NCBI GenBank assembly: GCA_964489135.1
Contig: CAZAXK010000001.1
Coordinates: 20,615 to 84,614 of the forward strand
Direction: 5' to 3'
Origin: an uncultured Candidatus Saccharibacteria bacterium
GTDB taxonomy: Bacteria > Patescibacteriota > Minisyncoccia > Phycocordibacterales > WO2-35-19
Length of the DNA: 64,000 bases
Shown: positions 29,449 through 38,947 of the stretch, in pieces
Position numbering within the stretch: position 1 is the first letter of the stretch
Layout of the letters: every line of letters begins with the position of its first letter
Notes under the pieces: model-generated
The model's database searches: none
Seen by the model: the letters and a program-made list of their open reading frames with translations, nothing else
Told to the model about the DNA's origin: nothing
Translations under genes and position numbers: made by a program

Positions 29449-29477
29449 TTGACACCATAAATCATAGTCAATATAAT
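29449..29477 (+). promoter_or_regulatory. Perfect consensus sigma70 promoter, leaderless geometry
   Basis: TTGACA-17 nt-TATAAT, then 6 nt, then ATG 29484. Confidence 0.85.
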
Positions 29478-29483
29478 GTCAAG

Positions 29484-31265
29484 ATGCACGAACAAAAATT
29501 TTCCAAAGTAGGCATCAGCGATGTCCTCAAATATCTTTGGCAAGCCACCATTCCTCAAAAGTGGGGATTTTTCTTTACCGTGTTCGGCTTTGCTGTCTCG
29601 AGCATAATCTCGGTTATAGTTCCGCTAATCTACAAAAAATTCTTTGATTTACTAGCATTAAACACAAGCAAGGATCTCCTGACTCCTCAATTGATGGAGA
29701 TTATTTTTGTCGTCTTCGCCCTTCACTCAGTCGTCTGGATCCTGTTCAGAACCGCAATGACGACCCTCAACCAAGTAGAAGCCAGAACAATGGCCCGTAT
29801 TAGGCAGATGTCTTTCGACTACATGATCAGACATTCATATTCCTTTTTCAGCAACAACTTTACCGGTTCTTTGGTCCAAAGAGTGGGCAGATTTAGCCGA
29901 TCCTTTGAGCGCCTCTATGACATGCTGGTTTTCAACGTCATCCCGCTCGCTATAAACATTATTGGTGTAATCATCGTAGTGTACTTCCAAGAACCCGTTA
30001 TCGCCTATATTATCCTCGGCTGGATATTGATCATCTTCGCCTTCAACTTTTTCTTCCAGCGCTGGAAACTCAAATACGACCTCTTGGCCACCAAGGCAGA
30101 CACAGCGACAAGTGCTGCGCTTTCTGATGCTATCTCAAACCAGAACACTATCATGTCTTTCGCCGGCTTCGAAAAGGAATCGGCCAATTTCAAAAAGGTT
30201 ACTCTCGACCAATCCGAAAAACAAAGTCGATCTTGGGATCTCTCGGTGATAAAAGATGCGGTCCAGCAGGGGCTCATGGTTGTGGTCGAGTTTGCCATCT
30301 TCTACTACGCCATAAAATTTTGGGAGAGGAATCTCATAAGTATTGGAACGTTTGTCCTCATACAGGCCTACATAATTGGACTCGCCAACCGACTTTGGGA
30401 CTTTGGCAGAATTATCAGAAACATCTACGAGAGCTTTGCTGATTCGAAGGAGATGGTAGAAATACTGGAAACCCCATACGAAATCAAAGACATCCCGAAC
30501 GCGCGCAAGCTTGAGACAAAAGTCGGTCATATCAGCTTCAAGAATGTTTCGTTTGCCTTCAACGAGACCCGCAACGTGATCGAAAATATCAATATCGAAA
30601 TAAAAGGCGGGGAGAAGGTGGCCCTAATCGGCCCATCGGGAGCCGGCAAATCAACCTTCGTGCGGCTGCTCTTGCGAATGTATGATGTCGCCTCAGGCCA
30701 AATCGAGATCGATGGTCAAAATATAAAAGAGGTCACTCAAGAGAGTTTGCGACGTGAGATCAGTCTGGTCCCGCAAGACCCGATCCTCTTCCACCGGACA
30801 CTTATGGAAAACATCCGCTATGGCAGGGAAGAGGCGAGTGATGAAGAAGTGATCGAGGCCTCACGACTCGCACACTGTGATGAGTTTATCGATGTTTTGC
30901 CCGAGAAATACAACACCTTTGTCGGCGAGCGCGGTATCAAACTTTCTGGTGGCGAAAGACAGAGGGTTGCGATTGCGAGAGCAATTTTGAAGAATGCCCC
31001 AATACTGATCTTGGATGAAGCCACCTCAAGTCTTGATTCTCACTCAGAACACCTCATTCAAGATGCGCTCGACAAATTGATGCAAGACAAGACAGTGATC
31101 GTCATTGCCCATCGACTCTCGACCATCAGAAAAATGGACCGAGTAATCGCCATAGACAACGGACAAGTGATCGAAGAGGGAAGCCACGAAGAGTTGCTCG
31201 CCCGCGAGCACAGTCTGTACAAAAATCTTTGGAACCTCCAAGCCGGCGGCTTCTTGCCGGAATAG
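29484..31265 (+). CDS. ABC exporter, fused TMD-NBD (MsbA/Atm1-like)
   Basis: Multi-TM N-terminus, GPSGAGKST, LSGGERQR, ILDEATSSLD. Confidence 0.93.
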   Translation: MHEQKFSKVGISDVLKYLWQATIPQKWGFFFTVFGFAVSSIISVIVPLIYKKFFDLLALNTSKDLLTPQLMEIIFVVFALHSVVWILFRTAMTTLNQVEARTMARIRQMSFDYMIRHSYSFFSNNFTGSLVQRVGRFSRSFERLYDMLVFNVIPLAINIIGVIIVVYFQEPVIAYIILGWILIIFAFNFFFQRWKLKYDLLATKADTATSAALSDAISNQNTIMSFAGFEKESANFKKVTLDQSEKQSRSWDLSVIKDAVQQGLMVVVEFAIFYYAIKFWERNLISIGTFVLIQAYIIGLANRLWDFGRIIRNIYESFADSKEMVEILETPYEIKDIPNARKLETKVGHISFKNVSFAFNETRNVIENINIEIKGGEKVALIGPSGAGKSTFVRLLLRMYDVASGQIEIDGQNIKEVTQESLRREISLVPQDPILFHRTLMENIRYGREEASDEEVIEASRLAHCDEFIDVLPEKYNTFVGERGIKLSGGERQRVAIARAILKNAPILILDEATSSLDSHSEHLIQDALDKLMQDKTVIVIAHRLSTIRKMDRVIAIDNGQVIEEGSHEELLAREHSLYKNLWNLQAGGFLPE

Positions 31266-31380
31266 GCGAAAACAAAAAAACGATTATACAAAAACCCGCG
31301 GCCGCGGGAAAGTGTATAACTAATAAAAAATTGGATATCATGCGTGTTGCAAAAAGTGGGGATAGTTGTATATTTAGGAG

Positions 31381-31600
31381 AACCGTTGAACCGGCCAACA
31401 CCGGTGAGGTGAGGAAAGAAATCCCAAAAGGAAAGTAGAATCTTCCGGCTCCGAGCAATGCGAGGAGGGCTCCGACAAGCCAAAAGAGAACAAACCAGGG
31501 TGGTACCGCGCCTAGGCCAACAAAACTCAGTGAGTAAAGTTGACACGAAATCGCCCCTGCGAATTTATAAATTATAAATTCGGAGGGGCTATTTTGTTTA
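31381..31600 (+). promoter_or_regulatory. T-box riboswitch with ultra-short Stem I, AAC (Asn) specifier and terminator
   Basis: CAGGG-TGGTACC-GCG (31496-31510) pairs with CGCCCCTG (31552-31559). K-turn Stem I, AGTA/GAA Stem II, IIA/B pseudoknot, and a terminator at 31553-31589 with a T-rich tail. Directly upstream of aspS. Confidence 0.9.
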
Positions 31601-31624
31601 TAAGAAAATCCCTCCGCCAAAAAA

Positions 31625-33055
31625 ATGCAAAGAACATACATTAAGGATTTGGGTCAAAAAGTGGGCGAGGAGGTTTTGATTCAAGGTTGGGTAGACGTAG
31701 TGCGCGACCAAGGTAAGATGGTCTTCTTCGATTTTCGTGATATGACCGGCAAAGTGCAGGGGGTGGTTTTACCAAACCAAAAGGAGCTCGTAGAAAAAGC
31801 CAAGGAAGTTCGTAACGAGTGGGTTCTCACAGTAAAGGGCAAGATCAACAAGCGGCCAGAAAAGATGGTCAATGACAAGGTAGCAAACGGTGATATCGAG
31901 ATGGAAGTGTTGGGTCTAGAAGTGCTAAACAAAGCTGACACACTCCCGTTCGAAATCACTTCCGATACCTCCGTAATCGACGAGAACACGCGTCTCAAAT
32001 ACCGCTATCTCGATTTGCGCAGCGAAAGAATGCAAAGAAATATCCGACTACGAAGCGAATTTGTGAAGCGAGTACGCGAACATTTGTTTAAGAAGTTTTT
32101 TACCGAGATCGAAACCCCGCTTTTGACCGAATCAACACCCGAAGGCTCGAGAGACTTCGTCGTACCAAGCCGACTCAACCCTGGGAAGTTTTATGCTCTT
32201 CCACAGTCACCCCAGCAGTACAAACAGCTACTCATGGTTGGGGGCATGGAAAGATACTTCCAGATCGCAAGAGCCGTGCGCGACGAAGACCTTCGGGCGG
32301 ACAGAGGATTTGAGCACACTCAAGTAGACCTCGAAATGTCTTTTGTTCAGATGGAAGATGTGATGAATACAGTAGAAGCCATGGTAACCGAGGTTGTAGA
32401 GTCGTTGGGCTACACGATCAAAGAAAAGCCCTTCCCACGTATTTCGTACAAAGACGCGATGGCCAAATATGGTGCTGACAAGTTTGATATGCGCACACCA
32501 GAAGAAAAGGAGAAGGGGATACTCGCCTATGCTTGGGTGGTCAACTTCCCATTCTTCGAAAAAACTGACCCAAATGGTGGGACGGGAATGGAGAAGGGCA
32601 ACTGGACCTTTACCCACAATCCGTTTTCTATGCCGATCCCTGAACACGTAGAATGGCTCATGGAAGGCAAGAACATCGAAGATATCCTCACCACTCAATA
32701 CGACCTTGTCTGCAACGGCTACGAATCCGGAGGTGGATCGATCCGCGCCCATAAGCCAGAAATACTCAAAGCAACATACAAAGTGATGGGCTACAGCGAT
32801 GAAGAGATCGAATCAAGTGTCGGACACATGCTCGAGGCCTTCAAATATGGCACACCTCCACATGGTGGTATCGCTCTCGGAGTCGAGCGCAATATCATGA
32901 ACCTAACAGGAGAAACATTCTTGCGAGAAGTGCAGTCCTTCCCAATGACTCGTGGAGGCCAGACAGCGGTAATGAAAGCTCCGAAAGAGCTTTCAGAAAG
33001 ACAATTACGCGAATTGGGTATTAAAGTGGAGAAGAAGGACGAGAAGAAAAATTAG
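31625..33055 (+). CDS. aspS: Aspartate-tRNA ligase, compact (no GAD insert), probably non-discriminating Asp/Asn
   Basis: RYLDLR, TPEGSRDF, ALPQSPQQYKQ, RDEDLRADR, PPHGGIALG; 476 aa. Confidence 0.92.
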   Translation: MQRTYIKDLGQKVGEEVLIQGWVDVVRDQGKMVFFDFRDMTGKVQGVVLPNQKELVEKAKEVRNEWVLTVKGKINKRPEKMVNDKVANGDIEMEVLGLEVLNKADTLPFEITSDTSVIDENTRLKYRYLDLRSERMQRNIRLRSEFVKRVREHLFKKFFTEIETPLLTESTPEGSRDFVVPSRLNPGKFYALPQSPQQYKQLLMVGGMERYFQIARAVRDEDLRADRGFEHTQVDLEMSFVQMEDVMNTVEAMVTEVVESLGYTIKEKPFPRISYKDAMAKYGADKFDMRTPEEKEKGILAYAWVVNFPFFEKTDPNGGTGMEKGNWTFTHNPFSMPIPEHVEWLMEGKNIEDILTTQYDLVCNGYESGGGSIRAHKPEILKATYKVMGYSDEEIESSVGHMLEAFKYGTPPHGGIALGVERNIMNLTGETFLREVQSFPMTRGGQTAVMKAPKELSERQLRELGIKVEKKDEKKN

Positions 33056-33057
33056 TA

Positions 33058-33202
33058 AAGTAAAGGGCCCTGGTGGGAGTGTCGACGGGGATCATGTCCG
33101 ACGCTTACCAGGGCCCAAGGAGGTCTCCTGCGTACGGGTGCGGCCGGAGGAACCGCGGACCCCGTGCTGGGGAAAGGAGACCATCAGATTGATTGGATCT
33201 GA
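33058..33202. ncRNA. Candidate GC-rich three-hairpin RNA between aspS and scpA
   Basis: Hairpins at 33065-33116, 33122-33182 and 33184-33202. Minus-strand TTGACA-17-AATCCT at 33235-33207. Confidence 0.5.
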
Positions 33203-33274
33203 CATAAGGATTGCACAACAAAAAACCCCTGTCAAACGGAAAAAAGGGGAGGCGGTGTGGTAAAATAAGGAACA

Positions 33275-34012
33275 ATGGAAACTGATTTCAAAGTCAAAGT
33301 GGGCGAATTTGAGGGCCCACTCGATCTTTTGCTCGACCTCATAGAAAGGCGCAAACTGCATATTAGCAACGTGTCGCTCTCGCAGGTAGCCGACGAATTT
33401 CTCGAGCACATCAAAAGACACGAGGAGTTCCCCCTAGGCGACAGTGCAGAGTTTATCTTGATCGCCTCGACTCTGCTTCTTTTAAAATCCAAGTCACTTT
33501 TGCCCAATCTCGAGCTTACACCCGAAGAAGAGGGGAGTATCGAAGATCTAGAAGAGCGCCTGCGCGAATACCAGAAATACAAAACCTTGGCGGTCGCTAT
33601 CCGCCGGATGTTTGGTAGCTTTCTTTTCTTCCCTCAAGAAAGCAAGACTCGCACAGTCGTCTTTGCTCCAACGGAAGAAATCGAAGTAGCGAGTCTACAT
33701 GCGCATCTACTCAGAGCTTTGCAGAACTTGCCCAAGCCGGCCGTTTTGCCCAAGGTTAGAGTAGAAAAAATAATCAGTCTAGAAGAGATGATCGATAGCT
33801 TATCAGATCGAATTCAAAAAAGTTTTAAGATGAGCTTCAGAGATTTTGCTGGCAAAGGTGTGGGCGACAGAGAAGGTAAAATCAACTTGATTGTCGGCTT
33901 CCTTGCCATGCTCGAGCTCGTCAAACGCGGGGTGGTGCGGGTCAATCAAGAAGCTCATTTCGGCGACATCGAGATGGAGAGTGAAAATATAGCCACTCCA
34001 ACGTATAATTAA
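33275..34012 (+). CDS. scpA: Segregation/condensation protein A
   Basis: FEGPLDLLLDLI, FLAMLELVK. Confidence 0.93.
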   Translation: METDFKVKVGEFEGPLDLLLDLIERRKLHISNVSLSQVADEFLEHIKRHEEFPLGDSAEFILIASTLLLLKSKSLLPNLELTPEEEGSIEDLEERLREYQKYKTLAVAIRRMFGSFLFFPQESKTRTVVFAPTEEIEVASLHAHLLRALQNLPKPAVLPKVRVEKIISLEEMIDSLSDRIQKSFKMSFRDFAGKGVGDREGKINLIVGFLAMLELVKRGVVRVNQEAHFGDIEMESENIATPTYN

Positions 34013-34017
34013 CACCA

Positions 34018-34566
34018 ATGGAACAAAAGCTAGAGGCCATCCTTTTTTATAAGAACGAACCAGTAGAGGTGAGCCGGCTCGCGCACCTTTTGCAACAGAG
34101 CGAGTCGGAAGTAATAGAAGGCCTAAAGCGACTCCAAACTTCGCTTAAAGAGCGGGGGATTTGCCTCATTCTTACCGATACAGAAGCAAGTCTTGCGACT
34201 GCTCCCCAAATGACCGAACTCATCGAGCAAATAGCCAAGGAAGAAATGAGTCGGGAAATAGGCAAAGCCGGACTCGAAACCCTCGCCATAATCCTTTATA
34301 ATAGCCAAGGAATAAGCCGAAGGAAGATTGATTTCATTAGGGGAGTCAATTCTTCCTTTATAATACGCAACCTTTTGACACGCGGACTTATCGAAAGGTC
34401 CGAATCCAGGGATGATCAGAGGGGATTTATTTATAAGCCCACTTCTTTGTTATTGGCCCATCTCGGGATAAAGGCGCTTGCCGAACTTCCGGAATTCGAG
34501 GTATTGGAGCAAGAGCTTCATGAGGCAGTCGATCGCATGGAAAGTGAAGAAAAAGAGACAAATTAA
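34018..34566 (+). CDS. scpB: Segregation/condensation protein B
   Basis: LEAILF, LETLAIILY, IDFIRGVNS, ELP. Confidence 0.93.
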   Translation: MEQKLEAILFYKNEPVEVSRLAHLLQQSESEVIEGLKRLQTSLKERGICLILTDTEASLATAPQMTELIEQIAKEEMSREIGKAGLETLAIILYNSQGISRRKIDFIRGVNSSFIIRNLLTRGLIERSESRDDQRGFIYKPTSLLLAHLGIKALAELPEFEVLEQELHEAVDRMESEEKETN

Positions 34567-34568
34567 TT

Positions 34569-35513
34569 ATGGAGGAGAACAATAATCAACTGTCGGTTAT
34601 AAATAATGACATCAAAAAGCGCACCCGCTACTTTGTCCGCGCCCTATTTTTCTTTTCCATATTTTCGATAGTGATTTTTGGTATTTTGGTCAATGGTGAA
34701 CCAAGCAAAGCCACAACCGAAAAGCCCGCTCACAAACAGAGTTATTTCGATAATATCCCACTTGAGGCCCGCGCTGTGTTGGTCTGGGATGTGGTAAACC
34801 GACAGGAAATCTTTTCCAAGAATCCCGATTTGGCCTTACCACTCGCGTCGCTCACCAAAGTGATGACCGCGATAACCGCAAACCAAGTTTTGACCGCAGA
34901 CGATTCCGTAACAATTCGCCCGGAAGATCTGCTGCCCGACGGTGACTCCAAGTTGGTTGTCGGTGATAAGTGGCAAGCCCACAACCTTATCGACTTTGTC
35001 CTTATTACTTCATCCAACGACGGCGCGCACGCACTGGCTCGCGCCTCCGAAGAAAAGATGCGAGGTACGATGACTGATTTCATCACAAAGATGAACGACA
35101 CAGCAAACTTCGTTGGAGCCGAAAATAGTCACTTTTGGAATGAGCACGGGCTAGACCAAGGTGTCGATCGCGGCGGGGCTTACGGTTCGGCTCGAGATTT
35201 GGCTCTCATTTTTGAATACGCTTTAAAGCAATTTCCAGCTTTGCTTGAGGCAACCCGCTACAGCAATCTTTCTATCAGAAGTAGCGCGAGCGTGTATAAC
35301 GCCATGAACACCAATTCGAAGGTTGATCAAATACCAGGAATTTTAGCCTCCAAGACTGGGTACACTGATTTAGCCGGCGGGAATTTAGTGATCGCCTTTG
35401 ACGCCGGACTAAACCACCCCATAATCGTAGCTGTGCTTGGATCTTCCCAAGAAGGGCGATTTGAAGACACACTGAAGCTCGTAGAGGCCACAATGAAATT
35501 TATTAAGAATTAA
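34569..35513 (+). CDS. D-alanyl-D-alanine carboxypeptidase (peptidase S11)
   Basis: SxxK (ASLTK), SxN (SSN), KTG. Confidence 0.9.
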   Translation: MEENNNQLSVINNDIKKRTRYFVRALFFFSIFSIVIFGILVNGEPSKATTEKPAHKQSYFDNIPLEARAVLVWDVVNRQEIFSKNPDLALPLASLTKVMTAITANQVLTADDSVTIRPEDLLPDGDSKLVVGDKWQAHNLIDFVLITSSNDGAHALARASEEKMRGTMTDFITKMNDTANFVGAENSHFWNEHGLDQGVDRGGAYGSARDLALIFEYALKQFPALLEATRYSNLSIRSSASVYNAMNTNSKVDQIPGILASKTGYTDLAGGNLVIAFDAGLNHPIIVAVLGSSQEGRFEDTLKLVEATMKFIKN

Positions 35514-35529
35514 GTACTATCAGAATTCT

Positions 35530-36609
35530 ATGACCATAGATATAGTAAAGATATTTTTGCCATCAGTGCTCGCTTTCATCTGTGGTGTTTTAATGACTCC
35601 GCCTCTCACCAACTTTCTCTACAAATACAAAATGTGGAAGAAGAAGGCGGGCAAGTTGGATGTCTTGGGCAATGACGCGCCTATTTTCAACCAGCTCCAC
35701 AAAGAGACTCAGGTCAACACACCCCGCATGGGAGGGGTAGTAGTATGGGGCTCTACTTTTTTGGTTATCGCACTGATTTGGATACTAGCAGAGTTTAGTG
35801 GCAATCAATCACTAATAAATCTTGATATACTTTCTCGCAACCAAACTTGGATTCCTCTCGCAACCCTCATGATCGGAGCATTCGTTGGGCTAATCGACGA
35901 CTACTTGGTCACAAGACCAGTCGATGGCGCTTACGAAGCTGGTGGTTTGAGACTCAGAAACCGGCTTACTATTGTAGGCGTCATTGCACTACTTTGCGCA
36001 CTTTGGTTTTTCTTCAAACTGGATGTGGAGACAATTGGCAGCTTCGGTCGGATACTACCCGAGATTTATCTAGGATACTTGTTCATACCATTCTTTGTTA
36101 TAGTCATTCTCGGAATCTACGCCGGTGGTGTAATAGATGGTATTGATGGCCTCTCGGGTGGAGTGTTCGCCTCGATGTTTGCCGCTTATGGCGGTATTGC
36201 ATTTTACCAGCAACAATATGACTTAGCGGCCTTCTGTGCCACGGTACTCGGAGCAATACTCGCCTTTCTTTGGTTCAACATCCCACCTGCGCGGTATTAT
36301 ATGTCCGACACTGGCATGATGGGCCTTACCATCACACTTGGAATTGTGGCCTTTATGACTGATTCGCTTGGTGGGGGTTTTGGTATCTTTGTCCTACCAA
36401 TTATCGCTCTCCCCCTGGTTATCACGGTCGGCTCAAACATCATTCAAATAATTTCGAAGAAGTTTCGAGGCAAAAAAGTATTCCTAGTTGCACCCCTCCA
36501 TCACCACTTCGAAGCGATCGGCTGGCCTTCCTATAAAGTAACGATGCGGTATTGGATATTCGGAGCTGTATCGGCCATACTTGGTATTATCCTCGCACTC
36601 ATCGGGTAG
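35530..36609 (+). CDS. mraY: Phospho-N-acetylmuramoyl-pentapeptide transferase
   Basis: TPRMGG, GLIDD, DGIDGL, APLHHHFE. Confidence 0.95.
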   Translation: MTIDIVKIFLPSVLAFICGVLMTPPLTNFLYKYKMWKKKAGKLDVLGNDAPIFNQLHKETQVNTPRMGGVVVWGSTFLVIALIWILAEFSGNQSLINLDILSRNQTWIPLATLMIGAFVGLIDDYLVTRPVDGAYEAGGLRLRNRLTIVGVIALLCALWFFFKLDVETIGSFGRILPEIYLGYLFIPFFVIVILGIYAGGVIDGIDGLSGGVFASMFAAYGGIAFYQQQYDLAAFCATVLGAILAFLWFNIPPARYYMSDTGMMGLTITLGIVAFMTDSLGGGFGIFVLPIIALPLVITVGSNIIQIISKKFRGKKVFLVAPLHHHFEAIGWPSYKVTMRYWIFGAVSAILGIILALIG

Positions 36610-36631
36610 TGGTTTGTGTTAGAATAATTGC

Positions 36632-37762
36632 ATGCCGAAAGGCCGAGAAAAAATAAATAGACCTTTTTTGTTCCTGACAATTCTTCTGGCGGTTGGCGGT
36701 TTTTTTATTTTTAGCTCGGCCTCCTTGGGTATCCTTGCGCAAAATCCTCTCAAGTTTTCGAGCGTCGCATTTAGCCAACTTTTCTTAGGATTGTTCCTAG
36801 GGTCAATCGCTTGTCTACTCACAGCACGGATCGACTACCATATTTGGAAAAAGTTTTCTATATTCATTTTTATTTTTTCTATTTTGATAACACTCCTTGT
36901 TTTCATACCACAACTCAGCTTGCCACACGGCGGAGCCAATCGCTGGATTGATCTTGGGGTCATAACCTTTCAGCCCTCAGAGTTGCTTAAGCTCGGTTTT
37001 ATTATCTACTTCGCCGCTTGGGGTTCGGCCTTCAAACAAAAAATCGGAACTTTCAATTGGGGACTTTTGCCCTTCATTATTTTGGTATCGATTGTGGGAG
37101 TTGTCCTTTTGGCCCAGCCGGATACCGACACTTTCGCCGTTATCGTGTTTTCGGCCTTGGCCATGTATCTCTCCGCGGGTGCAAAATGGAAACACATCCT
37201 GACGATCCTAATTTTCGGGGTAGTGTGCCTCGCCGGACTCGCCTTTATGAGGCCCTATGTCATGCAACGTATTACTTCCATGCTCAAGCCAGCCGAAAAC
37301 ACTTTAACCACAAGTTACCAACTACGTCAATCGCTCATTGCCGTCGGCTCGGGCGGTGTCTGGGGTAGGGGATTCGGCCAAAGCGTTCAGAAATTTGCAT
37401 ATCTACCAGAACCAGTCGGCGACTCTGTCTTTGCTGTGGCGGCCGAGGAATTCGGCTTTGTCGGGGGCAGTGCTATCATGCTCACTTTTGTTTTGTTTGG
37501 CCTTTACGGACTCAAGATCGCCTCTGGCGCACCAGACGAATTCGGTAGACTTCTCTCGATCGGCATTGTTATACTTATTGTGTCGCAGGCCTTTGTAAAT
37601 ATAGGGGGGATGATCGGCGTTTTACCCCTTACCGGGATCCCTTTGCCATTTATTAGCCACGGGGGGACGGCATTATTTATTACACTTGTGGAGGCCGGCA
37701 TCGTAATGAACATTTCCCGCTACTCTAAACAGATTCGACCATTAAAAAATAAGGAAAATTGA
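36632..37762 (+). CDS. ftsW: SEDS peptidoglycan glycosyltransferase FtsW
   Basis: GANRW, FQPSELLK, QPD, LPEPVGD, PLTGIPLPFISHGG; lies between mraY and murG. Confidence 0.92.
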   Translation: MPKGREKINRPFLFLTILLAVGGFFIFSSASLGILAQNPLKFSSVAFSQLFLGLFLGSIACLLTARIDYHIWKKFSIFIFIFSILITLLVFIPQLSLPHGGANRWIDLGVITFQPSELLKLGFIIYFAAWGSAFKQKIGTFNWGLLPFIILVSIVGVVLLAQPDTDTFAVIVFSALAMYLSAGAKWKHILTILIFGVVCLAGLAFMRPYVMQRITSMLKPAENTLTTSYQLRQSLIAVGSGGVWGRGFGQSVQKFAYLPEPVGDSVFAVAAEEFGFVGGSAIMLTFVLFGLYGLKIASGAPDEFGRLLSIGIVILIVSQAFVNIGGMIGVLPLTGIPLPFISHGGTALFITLVEAGIVMNISRYSKQIRPLKNKEN

Positions 37763-37778
37763 AAATTTAGAAACAATT

Positions 37779-38912
37779 ATGAAAATAGTTTTTACAGGCG
37801 GAGGTACGGGGGGACACTTTTATCCGATCATTGCCATTATTGAATCCATAAAGAAGATCTGCAAAGAAAAGAAAATTATCACTCCGAAGATGTACTTCTT
37901 TTCGGTTTCGCCCTATAGCCAAGGCATTCTTTATGACCACGATATTGAATTCAAGAAGGTGACTGCTGGTAAAATAAGACGGTACTTCTCGATAAAAAAC
38001 TTTTTTGACCTCTTCAAAACTTTGTGGGGATCAATCAGCACCTTTTTCGACCTGTTCGACATTTTTCCCGATGTAGTCTTTGGTAAGGGAGGATATGCGA
38101 GCTTCCCAACGTTACTTGCGGCGAGAATTCTGCGTATCCCAGTTTTCATTCACGAATCGGATTCGACCCCTGGCTTGGTAAATAAATGGGCTGGTCATTT
38201 TGCCAAGCGCATTGCCGTTTCCTACAAACAAGCCACCGCCTTCTTCCCAGAAAATCGCACCGCCTACACGGGCCAACCGATACTTGCTGAACGGCTTACG
38301 CCGCTAACCGAAGGAGTTTTTGAATTTTTCGACTTTCATGAAAGCACTCCAACCATTTTTATCATGGGCGGCTCTCAAGGGTCAGAAACTCTCAATAACA
38401 TTGTCATGGATTCTCTGCCCGAATTGGTAAAGAACTTTCAAATAATCCACCAAACCGGTGAGAACAATATCAGCGTAATAAAAGAATCAGCTGACGCCAT
38501 ATTGCTCGACAGTCCGAACAAAAAGAATTACAAACCTTTCGGCTACCTCAGCTCACTTGAGATGAGTATGGCCTCCGGTTGCGCCTCACTCGTAGTGAGC
38601 CGAGCGGGCTCTACCATATTTGAGATTGCTTCGTGGGGCAAGCCGGCCATCATCGTTCCCATCCCCGAAAAGACGAGCCACGACCAGACCAAGAACGCTT
38701 ATGCCTACGCCTCGACCGGCTCCGCTTCAGTCATAGAAGAAGACAACCTCAGACCCAACATCTTCCTCTCCGAAATTCACCGAATTCTCGAAAACAAAGA
38801 TTTGTATCAAAAGATGTCTGTCGCCGCCAAGGCCTTCTTTAAGCCCGACGCTGCTGACATGATCGCAAAGGAATTGCTGTCAATCGCTCTAGGACACGAG
38901 AATTTGGGATAG
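37779..38912 (+). CDS. murG: MurG glycosyltransferase
   Basis: GGGTGGH, KGGY, HESD, GGSQG, SRAG. Confidence 0.95.
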   Translation: MKIVFTGGGTGGHFYPIIAIIESIKKICKEKKIITPKMYFFSVSPYSQGILYDHDIEFKKVTAGKIRRYFSIKNFFDLFKTLWGSISTFFDLFDIFPDVVFGKGGYASFPTLLAARILRIPVFIHESDSTPGLVNKWAGHFAKRIAVSYKQATAFFPENRTAYTGQPILAERLTPLTEGVFEFFDFHESTPTIFIMGGSQGSETLNNIVMDSLPELVKNFQIIHQTGENNISVIKESADAILLDSPNKKNYKPFGYLSSLEMSMASGCASLVVSRAGSTIFEIASWGKPAIIVPIPEKTSHDQTKNAYAYASTGSASVIEEDNLRPNIFLSEIHRILENKDLYQKMSVAAKAFFKPDAADMIAKELLSIALGHENLG

Positions 38913-38947
38913 GTGAGGAGGGCGATAATTTGTGCTAAAATGAGTTT

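Noticed and set aside
31474-31476. GAC (Asp) as the T-box specifier
   Set aside because: It lies in the CCG-ACA-AGCC Stem IIA/B segment. The K-turn-closed Stem I loop carries AAC at the position equivalent to AUC in ileS T-boxes.
33065-33202. SRP RNA or 6S RNA
   Set aside because: No CAGG...GGAAGCAG domain IV, and the fold is separate hairpins rather than one long rod with a central bubble.
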